From positions 11,160,001-11,224,000 of the forward strand of contig CM120642.1 in the NCBI GenBank assembly GCA_051362555.1: a stretch of DNA of 64,000 nt, written 5' to 3'. This DNA is from Lingula anatina. Lineage: Eukaryota > Animalia > Brachiopoda. The notes beneath the pieces are model-generated. The model saw only the letters and a program-made list of their open reading frames with translations, was not told the origin of the DNA and did no database searches. Below are positions 33,983 to 48,900 of the stretch, piece after piece. Position numbers and translations under genes: made by a program. Numbering within the stretch: the stretch's first letter is position 1; every line of letters begins with the position of its first letter.

Positions 33983-36900
33983 TCGTTAGAAAGCAGTATA
34001 TCAAATGCAAACTTTCTGCCTTGTCATGAAGAGGGCCAGTTTGGATGCACATGTAAATGTCCGAAATTACAATCGATAGCCCTTGGGCCGTAAAAAATGA
34101 ATTTCATCACGCACAACGCCTTTCCGCGAACATCGTATTATCATTGAACGTTTAAGTAGATGATGTACACGAGACTTTGGTTGAGAAGCCGACACGGAGC
34201 GTTCCGAGATAGATTCTTTTTTTTCTTTCTTACTATGACTTTGTTTTGAGCTGAGATTTAGTTTGGTATCACGTATGACGTTAAAAAGCACAGGGGAGCG
34301 ATTTTAGCTTTAGCGAGGCCCTGAAAAGAGGGAATCATTAAAAAACGTTCAAATGTGTTAAAGCTGGTGCGTTTTCCTTTCAAGCAATTGCAACCATGTG
34401 AATTTTGACAAAGACAACATATTTGGCGACAATTCCGCCGAGAGGATACTTTCTTTTTCTGCTGAATGCGGTTTACAGGCGGTAAGACGTGGTGTGAAAG
34501 CGGGAAAGCTACCGAAACGATATCAAGTTTGGTCACTTTTATTTATAAGACTGCCCGGAACGTAACTAGCCAGATGGTTTTGAAGCTTATATTTACATTT
34601 TGGTTTACAGTGAGATTACGTCTGACTTCACCTGTGAAGTTATCGAGCAAGACGAGAGCTAAAGCGGTTCACAGTTGGTCAGTTTTGGATTTGAGTTGTC
34701 TTTGCCATTTCTAATGGCCATTGTGGAGTTGCCCTGGGTACTGTAAGACAATATGAACAGTCTTGAGAAGCAAGGCCCTAGAGGAAGGGATGACATTTAA
34801 AAACACAACAAAATGTAACATTGGGTAAAGCAAAAGCGGTGACGTGATTTTCGAAAAAAATAAAAATAAACAAAATAAATTATTTTGCTGATAATCCCAC
34901 CGAGAAGACAGCACTCTGAGATGAAAGGGCAGTATGACGTGCGTGGCACCATGGCGGGTTAGCTATACTGACTCAATTCAAGTTTGATCTGTTGCGTAGC
35001 TGGTAAAGGATAGAGATCAAAGACCATCCCCGCCTAAGCATCATTTTAAGAACCTTTAAATGAAGAGTAAGAAAGTGTTATCGACGAGGCAGACATTATG
35101 ATAACGACCAGCAAAAGTTGTTGCAAAATCGATCACTGATCCGAAACTTTACCGGCTTTTTATGCAAAAGGTAATTTGCCGGGACCGACGAGTGCCTGCA
35201 TTCGTATTCGCGCCTTTCCCATCACGTGACCAGGTCGTATCCGAGGGGAAGGTGACACGCCTCATCCGGGATTCGAACTCGTGACTACTCGTGACTCGTT
35301 ACCATGGTGGATGATTGGTTTGATTTTTTTTTAACAGCCTTGCACGCTACCGATTGCGCCGTGAGTGACCCGCCCACCCTCCGTGGATACGAGTTTCCTC
35401 TTATAGTAACCAAAGAAAATTTTTAGAAATGATTTCCAGCAACAAAAGATTGTGCTGGCCGTTGTAGAATTCGAACCAAGGAAGGTGTCTAACTAGCTGT
35501 GTTTCAGTCAGCGAAGTTACCACGGAACCGAGGCAGCTTCGTTAGAAAGCAGTATATCAAATGCAAACTTTCTGCCTTGTCATGAAGAGGGCCAGTTTGG
35601 ATGCACATGTAAATGTCCGAAATTACAATCGATAGCCCTTGGGCCGTAAAAAATGAGTTTCATCACGCACAACGCCTTTCCGCGAACATCGTATTATCAT
35701 TGAACGTTTAAGTAGATGATGTACACGAGACTTTGGTTGAGAAGCCGACACGGAGCGTTCCGAGATAGATTCTTTTTTTTCTTTCTTACTATGACTTTGT
35801 TTTGAGCTGAGATTTAGTTTGGTATCACGTATGACGTTAAAAAGCACAGGGGAGCGATTTTAGCTTTAGCGAGGCCCTGAAAAGAGGGAATCATTAAAAA
35901 ACGTTCAAATGTGTTAAAGCTGGTGCGTTTTCCTTTCAAGCAATTGCAACCATGTGAATTTTGACAAAGACAACATATTTGGCGACAATTCCGCCGAGAG
36001 GATACTTTCCTTTTTCTGCTGAACGCGGTTTACAGGCGGTAAGACGTGGTGTCAAAGCGGGAAAGCTACCGAAACAATATCAAGTTTGGTCGCTTTTATT
36101 GATAAGACTGCTCGGAACGTAACTAGCCAGATGGTTTTGAAGCTTTTATTTTCATTTTGGTTTACAGTGAGATTACGTCTGACTTCACCTTTGAAGTTAT
36201 CGAGCACGACGAGAGCTAAAGCGGTTCACAGTTGGTCAGTTTTGGATTTGAGTAGTCTTTGCCATTTCTAATGGCCATTGTGGAGTTGCCCTGGGTACTG
36301 TAAGACAATATGAACAGTCTTGAGAAGTAAGGCCCTAGAGGAAGGGATGACATTTAAAAACACAACAAAATGTAACATTGGGTAAAGCAAAAGCGGTGAC
36401 GTGATTTTCGAAAAAAATAAAAATAAACAAAATAAATTATTTTGCTGATAATCCCACCGAGAAGACAGCACTCTGAGATGAAAGGGCAGTATGACGTGCG
36501 TGGCACCATGGCGGGTTAGCTATACTGACTCAATTCAAGTTTGATCTGTTGCGTAGCTGGTAAAGGAAAGAGATCAAAGACCATCCACACCTAAGCATCA
36601 TTTTAAGAACCTTTAAATGTAGAGTAAGAAAGTGTTATCGACGAGGCAGACATTATGATAACGACCAGCAAAAGTTGTTGCAAAATCGATCACTGATCCG
36701 AAACTTTACCGGCTTTTTATGCAAAAGGTAATTTGCCGGGACCGACGAGTGCCTGCATTCGTATTCGCGCCTTTCCCATCACGTGACCAGGTCGTATCCG
36801 AGGGGAAGGTGACATGCCTCATCCGGGATTCGAACTCGTGACTACTCGTGACTCGTTACCATGGTGGATGATTGGTTTGATTTTTTTTTAACAGCCTTGC

Positions 36901-39900
36901 ACGCTACCGATTGCGCCGTGAGTGACCCGCCCACCCTCCGTGGATACGAGTTTCCTCTTATAGTAACCAAAGAAAATTTTTAGAAATGATTTCCAGCAAC
37001 AAAAGATTGTGCTGGCCGTTGTAGAATTCGAACCCAGGAAGGTGTCTAACTAGCTGTGTTTCAGTCAGCGAAGTTACCACGGAACCGAGGCAGCTTCGTT
37101 AGAAAGCAGTATATCAAATGCAAACTTTCTGCCTTGTCATGAAGAGGGCCAGTTTGGATGCACATGTAAATGTCCGAAATTACAATCGATAGCCCTTGGG
37201 CCGTAAAAAATGAATTTCATCACGCACAACGCCTTTCCGCGAACATCGTATTATCATTGAACGTTTAAGTAGATGATGTACACGAGACTTTGGTTGAGAA
37301 GCCGACACGGAGCGTTCCGAGATAGATTCTTTTTTTTCTTTCTTACTATGACTTTGTTTTGAGCTGAGATTTAGTTTGGTATCACGTATGACGTTAAAAA
37401 GCACAGGGGAGCGATTTTAGCTTTAGCGAGGCCCTGAAAAGAGGGAATCATTAAAAAACGTTCAAATGTGTTAAAGCTGGTGCGTTTTCCTTTCAAGCAA
37501 TTGCAACCATGTGAATTTTGACAAAGACAACATATTTGGCGACAATTCCGCCGAGAGGATACTTTCCTTTTTCTGCTGAACGCGGTTTACAGGCGGTAAG
37601 ACGTGGTGTCAAAGCGGGAAAGCTACCGAAACAATATCAAGTTTGGTCGCTTTTATTGATAAGACTGCTCGGAACGTAACTAGCCAGATGGTTTTGAAGC
37701 TTTTATTTTCATTTTGGTTTACAGTGAGATTACGTCTGACTTCACCTTTGAAGTTATCGAGCACGACGAGAGCTAAAGCGGTTCACAGTTGGTCAGTTTT
37801 GGATTTGAGTAGTCTTTGCCATTTCTAATGGCCATTGTGGAGTTGCCCTGGGTACTGTAAGACAATATGAACAGTCTTGAGAAGTAAGGCCCTAGAGGAA
37901 GGGATGACATTTAAAAACACAACAAAATGTAACATTGGGTAAAGCAAAAGCGGTGACGTGATTTTCGAAAAAAATAAAAATAAACAAAATAAATTATTTT
38001 GCTGATAATCCCACCGAGAAGACAGCACTCTGAGATGAAAGGGCAGTATGACGTGCGTGGCACCATGGCGGGTTAGCTATACTGACTCAATTCAAGTTTG
38101 ATCTGTTGCGTAGCTGGTAAAGGAAAGAGATCAAAGACCATCCCCGCCTAAGCATCATTTTAAGAACCTTTAAATGTAGAGTAAGAAAGTGTTATCGACG
38201 AGGCAGACATTATGATAACGACCAGCAAAAGTTGTTGCAAAATCGATCACTGATCCGAAACTTTACCGGCTTTTTATGCAAAAGGTAATTTGCCGGGACC
38301 GACGAGTGCCTGCATTCGTATTCGCGCCTTTCCCATCACGTGACCAGGTCGTATCCGAGGGGAAGGTGACATGCCTCATCCGGGATTCGAACTCGTGACT
38401 ACTCGTGACTCGTTACCATGGTGGATGATTGGTTTGATTTTTTTTAACAGCCTTGCACGCTACCGATTGCGCCGTGAGTGACCCGCCCATCCTCCGTGGA
38501 TACGAGTTTCCTCTTATAGTAACCAAAGAAAATTTTTAGAAATGATTTCCAGCAACAAAAGATTGTGCTGGCCGTTGTAGAATTCGAACCCAGGAAGGTG
38601 TCTAACTAGCTGTGTTTCAGTCAGCGAAGTTACCACGGAACCGAGGCAGCTTCGTTAGAAAGCAGTATATCAAATGCAAACTTCCTGCCTTGTCATGAAG
38701 AGGGCCAGTTTGGATGCACATGTAAATGTCCGAAATTACAATCGATAGCCCTTGGGCCGTAAAAAATGAATTTCATCACGCACAACGCCTTTCCGCGAAC
38801 ATCGTATTATCATTGAACGTTTAAGTAGATGATGTACACGAGACTTTGGTTGAGAAGCCGACACGGAGCGTTCCGAGATAGATTCTTTTTTTTTTTTCTT
38901 TCTTACTATGACTTTGTTTTGAGCTGAGATTTAGTTTGGTATCACGTATGACGTTAAAAAGCACAGGGGAGCGATTTTAGCTTTAGCGAGGCCCTGAAAA
39001 GAGGGAATCATTAAAAAACGTTCAAATGTGTTAAAGCTGGTGCGTTTTCCTTTCAAGCAATTGCAACCATGTGAATTTTGACAAAGACAACATATTTGGC
39101 GACAATTCCGCCGAGAGGATACTTTCTTTTTCTGCTGAATGCGGTTTACAGGCGGTAAGACGTGGTGTGAAAGCGGGAAAGCTACCGAAACGATATCAAG
39201 TTTGGTCACTTTTATTTATAAGACTGCCCGGAACGTAACTAGCCAGATGGTTTTGAAGCTTATATTTACATTTTGGTTTACAGTGAGATTACGTCTGACT
39301 TCACCTGTGAAGTTATCGAGCAAGACGAGAGCTAAAGCGGTTCACAGTTGGTCAGTTTTGGATTTGAGTTGTCTTTGCCATTTCTAATGGCCATTGTGGA
39401 GTTGCCCTGGGTACTGTAAGACAATATGAACAGTCTTGAGAAGCAAGGCCCTAGAGGAAGGGATGACATTTAAAAACACAACAAAATGTAACATTGGGTA
39501 AAGCAAAAGCGGTGACGTGATTTTCGAAAAAAATAAAAATAAACAAAATAAATTATTTTGCTGATAATCCCACCGAGAAGACAGCACTCTGAGATGAAAG
39601 GGCAGTATGACGTGCGTGGCACCATGGCGGGTTAGCTATACTGACTCAATTCAAGTTTGATCTGTTGCGTAGCTGGTAAAGGAAAGAGATCAAAGACCAT
39701 CCCCGCCTAAGCATCATTTTAAGAACCTTTAAATGTAGAGTAAGAAAGTGTTATCGACGAGGCAGACATTATGATAACGACCAGCAAAAGTTGTTGCAAA
39801 ATCGATCACTGATCCGAAACTTTACCGGCTTTTTATGCAAAAGGTAATTTGCCGGGACCGACGAGTGCCTGCATTCGTATTCGCGCCTTTCCCATCACGT

Positions 39901-42900
39901 GACCAGGTCGTATCCGAGGGGAAGGTGACATGCCTCATCCGGGATTCGAACTCGTGACTACTCGTGACTCGTTACCATGGTGGATGATTGGTTTGATTTT
40001 TTTTAACAGCCTTGCATGCTACCGCTTGCGCCGTGAGTGACCCGCCCACCCTCCGTGGATACGAGTTTCCTCTTATAGTAACCAAAGAAAATTTTTAGAA
40101 ATGATTTCCAGCAACAAAAGATTGTGCTGGCCGTTGTAGAATTCGAACCCAGGAAGGTGTCTAACTAGCTGTGTTTCAGTCAGCGAAGTTACCACGGAAC
40201 CGAGGCAGCTTCGTTAGAAAGCAGTATATCAAATGCAAACTTTCTGCCTTGTCATGAAGAGGGCCAGTTTGGATGCACATGTAAATGTCCGAAATTACAA
40301 TCGATAGCCCTTGGGCCGTAAAAAATGAGTTTCATCACGCACAACGCCTTTCCGCGAACATCGTATTATCATTGAACGTTTAAGTAGATGATGTACACGA
40401 GACTTTGGTTGAGAAGCCGACACGGAGCGTTCCGAGATAGATTCTTTTTTTTTCTTTCTTACTATGACTTTGTTTTGAGCTGAGATTTAGTTTGGTATCA
40501 CGTATGACGTTAAAAAGCACAGGGGAGCGATTTTAGCTTTAGCGAGGCCCTGAAAAGAGGGAATCATTAAAAAACGTTCAAATGTGTTAAAGCTGGTGCG
40601 TTTTCCTTTCAAGCAATTGCAACCATGTGAATTTTGACAAAGACAACATATTTGGCGACAATTCCGCCGAGAGGATACTTTCCTTTTTCTGCTGAACGCG
40701 GTTTACAGGCGGTAAGACGTGGTGTCAAAGCGGGAAAGCTACCGAAACAATATCAAGTTTGGTCGCTTTTATTGATAAGACTGCTCGGAACGTAACTAGC
40801 CAGATGGTTTTGAAGCTTTTATTTTCATTTTGGTTTACAGTGAGATTACGTCTGACTTCACCTTTGAAGTTATCGAGCACGACGAGAGCTAAAGCGGTTC
40901 ACAGTTGGTCAGTTTTGGATTTGAGTAGTCTTTGCCATTTCTAATGGCCATTGTGGAGTTGCCCTGGGTACTGTAAGACAATATGAACAGTCTTGAGAAG
41001 CAAGGCCCTAGAGGAAGGGATGACATTTAAAAACACAACAAAATGTAACATTGGGTAAAGCAAAAGCGGTGACGTGATTTTCGAAAAAAATAAAAATAAA
41101 CAAAATAAATTATTTTGCTGATAATCCCACCGAGAAGACAGCACTCTGAGATGAAAGGGCAGTATGACGTGCGTGGCACCATGGCGGGTTAGCTATACTG
41201 ACTCAATTCAAGTTTGATCTGTTGCGTAGCTGGTAAAGGAAAGAGATCAAAGACCATCCCCACCTAAGCATCATTTTAAGAACCTTTAAATGTAGAGTAA
41301 GAAAGTGTTATCGACGAGGCAGACATTATGATAACGACCAGCAAAAGTTGTTGCAAAATCGATCACTGATCCGAAACTTTACCGGCTTTTTATGCAAAAG
41401 GTAATTTGCCGGGACCGACGAGTGCCTGCATTCGTATTCGCGCCTTTCCCATCACGTGACCAGGTCGTATCCGAGGGGAAGGTGACATGCCTCATCCGGG
41501 ATTCGAACTCGTGACTACTCGTGACTCGTTACCATGGTGGATGATTGGTTTGATTTTTTTTAACAGCCTTGCACGCTACCGATTGCGCCGTGAGTGACCC
41601 GCCCACCCTCCGTGGATACGAGTTTCCTCTTATAGTAACCAAAGAAAATTTTTAGAAATGATTTCCAGCAACAAAAGATTGTGCTGGCCGTTGTAGAATT
41701 CGAACCCAGGAAGGTGTCTAACTAGCTGTGTTTCAGTCAGCGAAGTTACCACGGAACCGAGGTAGCTTCGTTAGAAAGCAGTATATCAAATGCAAACTTT
41801 CTGCCTTGTCATGAAGAGGGCCAGTTTGGATGCACATGTAAATGTCCGAAATTACAATCGATAGCCCTTGGGCCGTAAAAAATGAGTTTCATCACGCACA
41901 ACGCCTTTCCGCGAACATCGTATTATCATTGAACGTTTAAGTAGATGATGTACACGAGACTTTGGTTGAGAAGCCGACACGGAGCGTTCCGAGATAGATT
42001 CTTTTTTTTCTTTCTTACTATGACTTTGTTTTGAGCTGAGATTTAGTTTGGTATCACGTATGACGTTAAAAAGCACAGGGGAGCGATTTTAGCTTTAGCG
42101 AGGCCCTGAAAAGAGGGAATCATTAAAAAACGTTCAAATGTGTTAAAGCTGGTGCGTTTTCCTTTCAAGCAATTGCAACCATGTGAATTTTGACAAAGAC
42201 AACATATTTGGCGACAATTCCGCCGAGAGGATACTTTCCTTTTTCTGCTGAACGCGGTTTACAGGCGGTAAGACGTGGTGTCAAAGCGGGAAAGCTACCG
42301 AAACAATATCAAGTTTGGTCGCTTTTATTGATAAGACTGCTCGGAACGTAACTAGCCAGATGGTTTTGAAGCTTTTATTTTCATTTTGGTTTACAGTGAG
42401 ATTACGTCTGACTTCACCTTTGAAGTTATCGAGCACGACGAGAGCTAAAGCGGTTCACAGTTGGTCAGTTTTGGATTTGAGTAGTCTTTGCCATTTCTAA
42501 TGGCCATTGTGGAGTTGCCCTGGGTACTGTAAGACAATATGAACAGTCTTGAGAAGCAAGGCCCTAGAGGAAGGGATGACATTTAAAAACACAACAAAAT
42601 GTAACATTGGGTAAAGCAAAAGCGGTGACGTGATTTTCGAAAAAAATAAAAATAAACAAAATAAATTATTTTGCTGATAATCCCACCGAGAAGACAGCAC
42701 TCTGAGATGAAAGGGCAGTATGACGTGCGTGGCACCATGGCGGGTTAGCTATACTGACTCAATTCAAGTTTGATCTGTTGCGTAGCTGGTAAAGGAAAGA
42801 GATCAAAGACCATCCCCACCTAAGCATCATTTTAAGAACCTTTAAATGTAGAGTAAGAAAGTGTTATCGACGAGGCAGACATTATGATAACGACCAGCAA

Positions 42901-45900
42901 AAGTTGTTGCAAAATCGATCACTGATCCGAAACTTTACCGGCTTTTTATGCAAAAGGTAATTTGCCGGGACCGACGAGTGCCTGCATTCGTATTCGCGCC
43001 TTTCCCATTACGTGACCAGGTCGTATCCGAGGGGAAGGTGACATGCCTCATCCGGGATTCGAACTCGTGACTACTCGTGACTCGTTACCATGGTGGATGA
43101 TTGGTTTGATTTTTTTTAACAGCCTTGCACGCTACCGATTGCGCCGTGAGTGAACCGCCCACCCTCCGTGGATACGAGTTACCTCTTATAGTAACCAAAG
43201 AAAATTTTTAGAAATGATTTCCAGCAACAAAAGATTGTGCTGGCCGTTGTAGAATTCGAACCCAGGAAGGTGCCTTACTAGCTGTGTTTCAGTCAGCGAA
43301 GTTACCACGGAACCGAGGCAGCTTCGTTAGAAAGCAGTATATCAAATGCAAACTTTCTGCCTTGTCATGAAGAGGGCCAGTTTGGATGCACATGTAAATG
43401 TCCGAAATTACAATCGATAGCCCTTGGGCCGTAAAAAATGAGTTTCATCACGCACAACGCCTTTCCGCGAACATCGTATTATCATTGAACGTTTAAGTAG
43501 ATGATGTACACGAGACTTTGGTTGAGAAGCCGACACGGAGCGTTCCGAGATAGATTCTTTTTTTTTCTTTCTTACTATGACTTTGTTTTGAGCTGAGATT
43601 TAGTTTGGTATCACGTATGACGTTAAAAAGCACAGGGGAGCGATTTTAGCTTTAGCGAGGCCCTGAAAAGAGGGAATCATTAAAAAACGTTCAAATGTGT
43701 TAAAGCTGGTGCGTTTTCCTTTCAAGCAATTGCAACCATGTGAATTTTGACAAAGACAACATATTTGGCGACAATTCCGCCGAGAGGATACTTTCCTTTT
43801 TCTGCTGAACGCGGTTTACAGGCGGTAAGACGTGGTGTCAAAGCGGGAAAGCTACCAAAACAATATCAAGTTTGGTCGCTTTTATTGATAAGACTGCTCG
43901 GAACGTAACTAGCCAGATGGTTTTGAAGCTTTTATTTTCATTTTGGTTTACAGTGAGATTACGTCTGACTTCACCTTTGAAGTTATCGAGCACGACGAGA
44001 GCTAAAGCGGTTCACAGTTGGTCAGTTTTGGATTTGAGTAGTCTTTGCCATTTCTAATGGCCATTGTGGAGTTGCCCTGGGTACTGTAAGACAATATGAA
44101 CAGTCTTGAGAAGCAAGGCCCTAGAGGAAGGGATGACATTTAAAAACACAACAAAATGTAACATTGGGTAAAGCAAAAGCGGTGACGTGATTTTCGAAAA
44201 AAATAAAAATAAACAAAATAAATTATTTTGCTGATAATCCCACCGAGAAGACAGCACTCTGAGATGAAAGGGCAGTATGACGTGCGTGGCACCATGGCGG
44301 GTTAGCTATACTGACTCAATTCAAGTTTGATCTGTTGCGTAGCTGGTAAAGGATAGAGATCAAAGACCATCCCCGCCTAAGCATCATTTTAAGAACCTTT
44401 AAATGAAGAGTAAGAAAGTGTTATCGACGAGGCAGACATTATGATAACGACCAGCAAAAGTTGTTGCAAAATCGATCACTGATCCGAAACTTTACCGGCT
44501 TTTTATGCAAAAGGTAATTTGCCGGGACCGACGAGTGCCTGCATTCGTATTCGCGCCTTTCCCATCACGTGACCAGGTCGTATCCGAGGGGAAGGTGACA
44601 TGCCTCATCCGGGATTCGAACTCGTGACTACTCGTGACTCGTTACCATGGTGGATGATTGGTTTGATTTTTTTTAACAGCCTTGCACGCTACCGATTGCG
44701 CCGTGAGTGACCCGCCCACCCTCCGTGGATACGAGTTTCCTCTACTAGTAACCAAAGAAAATTTTTAGAAATGATTTCCAGCAACAAAAGATTGTGCTGG
44801 ACGTTGTAGAATTCGAACCCAGGAAGGTGTCTAACTAGCTGTGTTCCAGTCAGCGAAGTTACCACGGAACCGAGGCAGCTTCGTTAGAAAGCAGTATATC
44901 AAATGCAAACTTTCTGCCTTGTCATGAAGAGGGCCAGTTTGGATGCACATGTAAATGTCCGAAATTACAATAGATAGCCCTTGGGCCGTAAAAAATGAAT
45001 TTCATCACGCACAACGCCTTTCCGCGAACATCGTATTATCATTGAACGTTTAAGTAGATGATGTACACGAGACTTTGGTTGAGAAGCCGACACGGAGCGT
45101 TCCGAGATAGATTCTTTTTTTTTCTTTCTTACTATGACTTTGTTTTGAGCTGAGATTTAGTTTGGTATCACGTATGACGTTAAAAAGCACAGGGGAGCGA
45201 TTTTAGCTTTAGCGAGGCCCTGAAAAGAGGGAATCATTAAAAAACGTTCAAATGTGTTAAAGCTGGTGCGTTTTCCTTTCAAGCAATTGCAACCATGTGA
45301 ATTTTGACAAAGACAACATATTTGGCGACAATTCCGCCGAGAGGATACTTTCCTTTTTCTGCTGAACGCGGTTTACAGGCGGTAAGACGTGGTGTCAAAG
45401 CGGGAAAGCTACCGAAACAATATCAAGTTTGGTCGCTTTTATTGATAAGACTGCTCGGAACGTAACTAGCCAGATGGTTTTGAAGCTTTTATTTTCATTT
45501 TGGTTTACAGTGAGATTACGTCTGACTTCACCTTTGAAGTTATCGAGCACGACGAGAGCTAAAGCGGTTCACAGTTGGTCAGTTTTGGATTTGAGTAGTC
45601 TTTGCCATTTCTAATGGCCATTGTGGAGTTGCCCTGGGTACTGTAAGACAATATGAACAGTCTTGAGAAGCAAGGCCCTAGAGGAAGGGATGACATTTAA
45701 AAACACAACAAAATGTAACATTGGGTAAAGCAAAAGCGGTGACGTGATTTTCGAAAAAAATAAAAATAAACAAAATAAATTATTTTGCTGATAATCCCAC
45801 CGAGAAGACAGCACTCTGAGATGAAAGGGCAGTATGACGTGCGTGGCACCATGGCGGGTTAGCTATACTGACTCAATTCAAGTTTGATCTGTTGCGTAGC

Positions 45901-48900
45901 TGGTAAAGGAAAGAGATCAAAGACCATCCCCACCTAAGCATCATTTTAAGAACCTTTAAATGTAGAGTAAGAAAGTGTTATCGACGAGGCAGACATTATG
46001 ATAACGACCAGCAAAAGTTGTTGCAAAATCGATCACTGATCCGAAACTTTACCGGCTTTTTATGCAAAAGGTAATTTGCCGGGACCGACGAGTGCCTGCA
46101 TTCGTATTCGCGCCTTTCCCATCACGTGACCAGGTCGTATCCGAGGGGAAGGTGACATGCCTCATCCGGGATTCGAACTCGTGACTACTCGTGACTCGTT
46201 ACCATGGTGGATGATTGGTTTGATTTTTTTTAACAGCCTTGCACGCTACCGATTGCGCCGTGAGTGACCCGCCCACCCTCCGTGGATACGAGTTTCCTCT
46301 TATAGTAACCAAAGAAAATTTTTAGAAATGATTTCCAGCAACAAAAGATTGTGCTGGCCGTTGTAGAATTCGAACCCAGGAAGGTGTCTAACTAGCTGTG
46401 TTTCAGTCAGCGAAGTTACCACGGAACCGAGGTAGCTTCGTTAGAAAGCAGTATATCAAATGCAAACTTTCTGCCTTGTCATGAAGAGGGCCAGTTTGGA
46501 TGCACATGTAAATGTCCGAAATTACAATCGATAGCCCTTGGGCCGTAAAAAATGAGTTTCATCACGCACAACGCCTTTCCGCGAACATCGTATTATCATT
46601 GAACGTTTAAGTAGATGATGTACACGAGACTTTGGTTGAGAAGCCGACACGGAGCGTTCCGAGATAGATTCTTTTTTTTCTTTCTTACTATGACTTTGTT
46701 TTGAGCTGAGATTTAGTTTGGTATCACGTATGACGTTAAAAAGCACAGGGGAGCGATTTTAGCTTTAGCGAGGCCCTGAAAAGAGGGAATCATTAAAAAA
46801 CGTTCAAATGTGTTAAAGCTGGTGCGTTTTCCTTTCAAGCAATTGCAACCATGTGAATTTTGACAAAGACAACATATTTGGCGACAATTCCGCCGAGAGG
46901 ATACTTTCCTTTTTCTGCTGAACGCGGTTTACAGGCGGTAAGACGTGGTGTCAAAGCGGGAAAGCTACCGAAACAATATCAAGTTTGGTCGCTTTTATTG
47001 ATAAGACTGCTCGGAACGTAACTAGCCAGATGGTTTTGAAGCTTTTATTTTCATTTTGGTTTACAGTGAGATTACGTCTGACTTCACCTTTGAAGTTATC
47101 GAGCACGACGAGAGCTAAAGCGGTTCACAGTTGGTCAGTTTTGGATTTGAGTAGTCTTTGCCATTTCTAATGGCCATTGTGGAGTTGCCCTGGGTACTGT
47201 AAGACAATATGAACAGTCTTGAGAAGCAAGGCCCTAGAGGAAGGGATGACATTTAAAAACACAACAAAATGTAACATTGGGTAAAGCAAAAGCGGTGACG
47301 TGATTTTCGAAAAAAATAAAAATAAACAAAATAAATTATTTTGCTGATAATCCCACCGAGAAGACAGCACTCTGAGATGAAAGGGCAGTATGACGTGCGT
47401 GGCACCATGGCGGGTTAGCTATACTGACTCAATTCAAGTTTGATCTGTTGCGTAGCTGGTAAAGGAAAGAGATCAAAGACCATCCCCACCTAAGCATCAT
47501 TTTAAGAACCTTTAAATGTAGAGTAAGAAAGTGTTATCGACGAGGCAGACATTATGATAACGACCAGCAAAAGTTGTTGCAAAATCGATCACTGATCCGA
47601 AACTTTACCGGCTTTTTATGCAAAAGGTAATTTGCCGGGACCGACGAGTGCCTGCATTCGTATTCGCGCCTTTCCCATCACGTGACCAGGTCGTATCCGA
47701 GGGGAAGGTGACATGCCTCATCCGGGATTCGAACTCGTGACTACTCGTGACTCGTTACCATGGTGGATGATTGGTTTGATTTTTTTTTTAACAGCCTTGC
47801 ACGCTACCGATTGCGCCGTGAGTGACCCGCCCACCCTCCGTGGATACGAGTTACCTCTTATAGTAACCAAAGAAAATTTTTAGAAATGATTTCCAGCAAC
47901 AAAAGATTGTGCTGGCCGTTGTAGAATTCGAACCCAGGAAGGTGCCTTACTAGCTGTGTTTCAGGCAGCGAAGTTACCACGGAACCGAGGCAGCTTCGTT
48001 AGAAAGCAGTATATCAAATGCAAACTTTCTGCCTTGTCATGAAGAGGGCCAGTTTGGATGCACATGTAAATGTCCGAAATTACAATCGATAGCCCTTGGG
48101 CCGTAAAAAATGAGTTTCATCACGCACAACGCCTTTCCGCGAACATCGTATTATCATTGAACGTTTAAGTAGATGATGTACACGAGACTTTGGTTGAGAA
48201 GCCGACACGGAGCGTTCCGAGATAGATTCTTTTTTTTTCTTTCTTACTATGACTTTGTTTTGAGCTGAGATTTAGTTTGGTATCACGTATGACGTTAAAA
48301 AGCACAGGGGAGCGATTTTAGCTTTAGCGAGGCCCTGAAAAGAGGGAATCATTAAAAAACGTTCAAATGTGTTAAAGCTGGTGCGTTTTCCTTTCAAGCA
48401 ATTGCAACCATGTGAATTTTGACAAAGACAACATATTTGGCGACAATTCCGCCGAGAGGATACTTTCCTTTTTCTGCTGAACGCGGTTTACAGGCGGTAA
48501 GACGTGGTGTCAAAGCGGGAAAGCTACCAAAACAATATCAAGTTTGGTCGCTTTTATTGATAAGACTGCTCGGAACGTAACTAGCCAGATGGTTTTGAAG
48601 CTTTTATTTTCATTTTGGTTTACAGTGAGATTACGTCTGACTTCACCTTTGAAGTTATCGAGCACGACGAGAGCTAAAGCGGTTCACAGTTGGTCAGTTT
48701 TGGATTTGAGTAATCTTTGCCATTTCTAATGGCCATTGTGGAGTTGCCCTGGGTACTGTAAGACAATATGAACAGTCTTGAGAAGCAAGGCCCTAGAGGA
48801 AGGGATGACATTTAAAAACACAACAAAATGTAACATTGGGTAAAGCAAAAGCGGTGACGTGATTTTCGAAAAAAATAAAAATAAACAAAATAAATTATTT

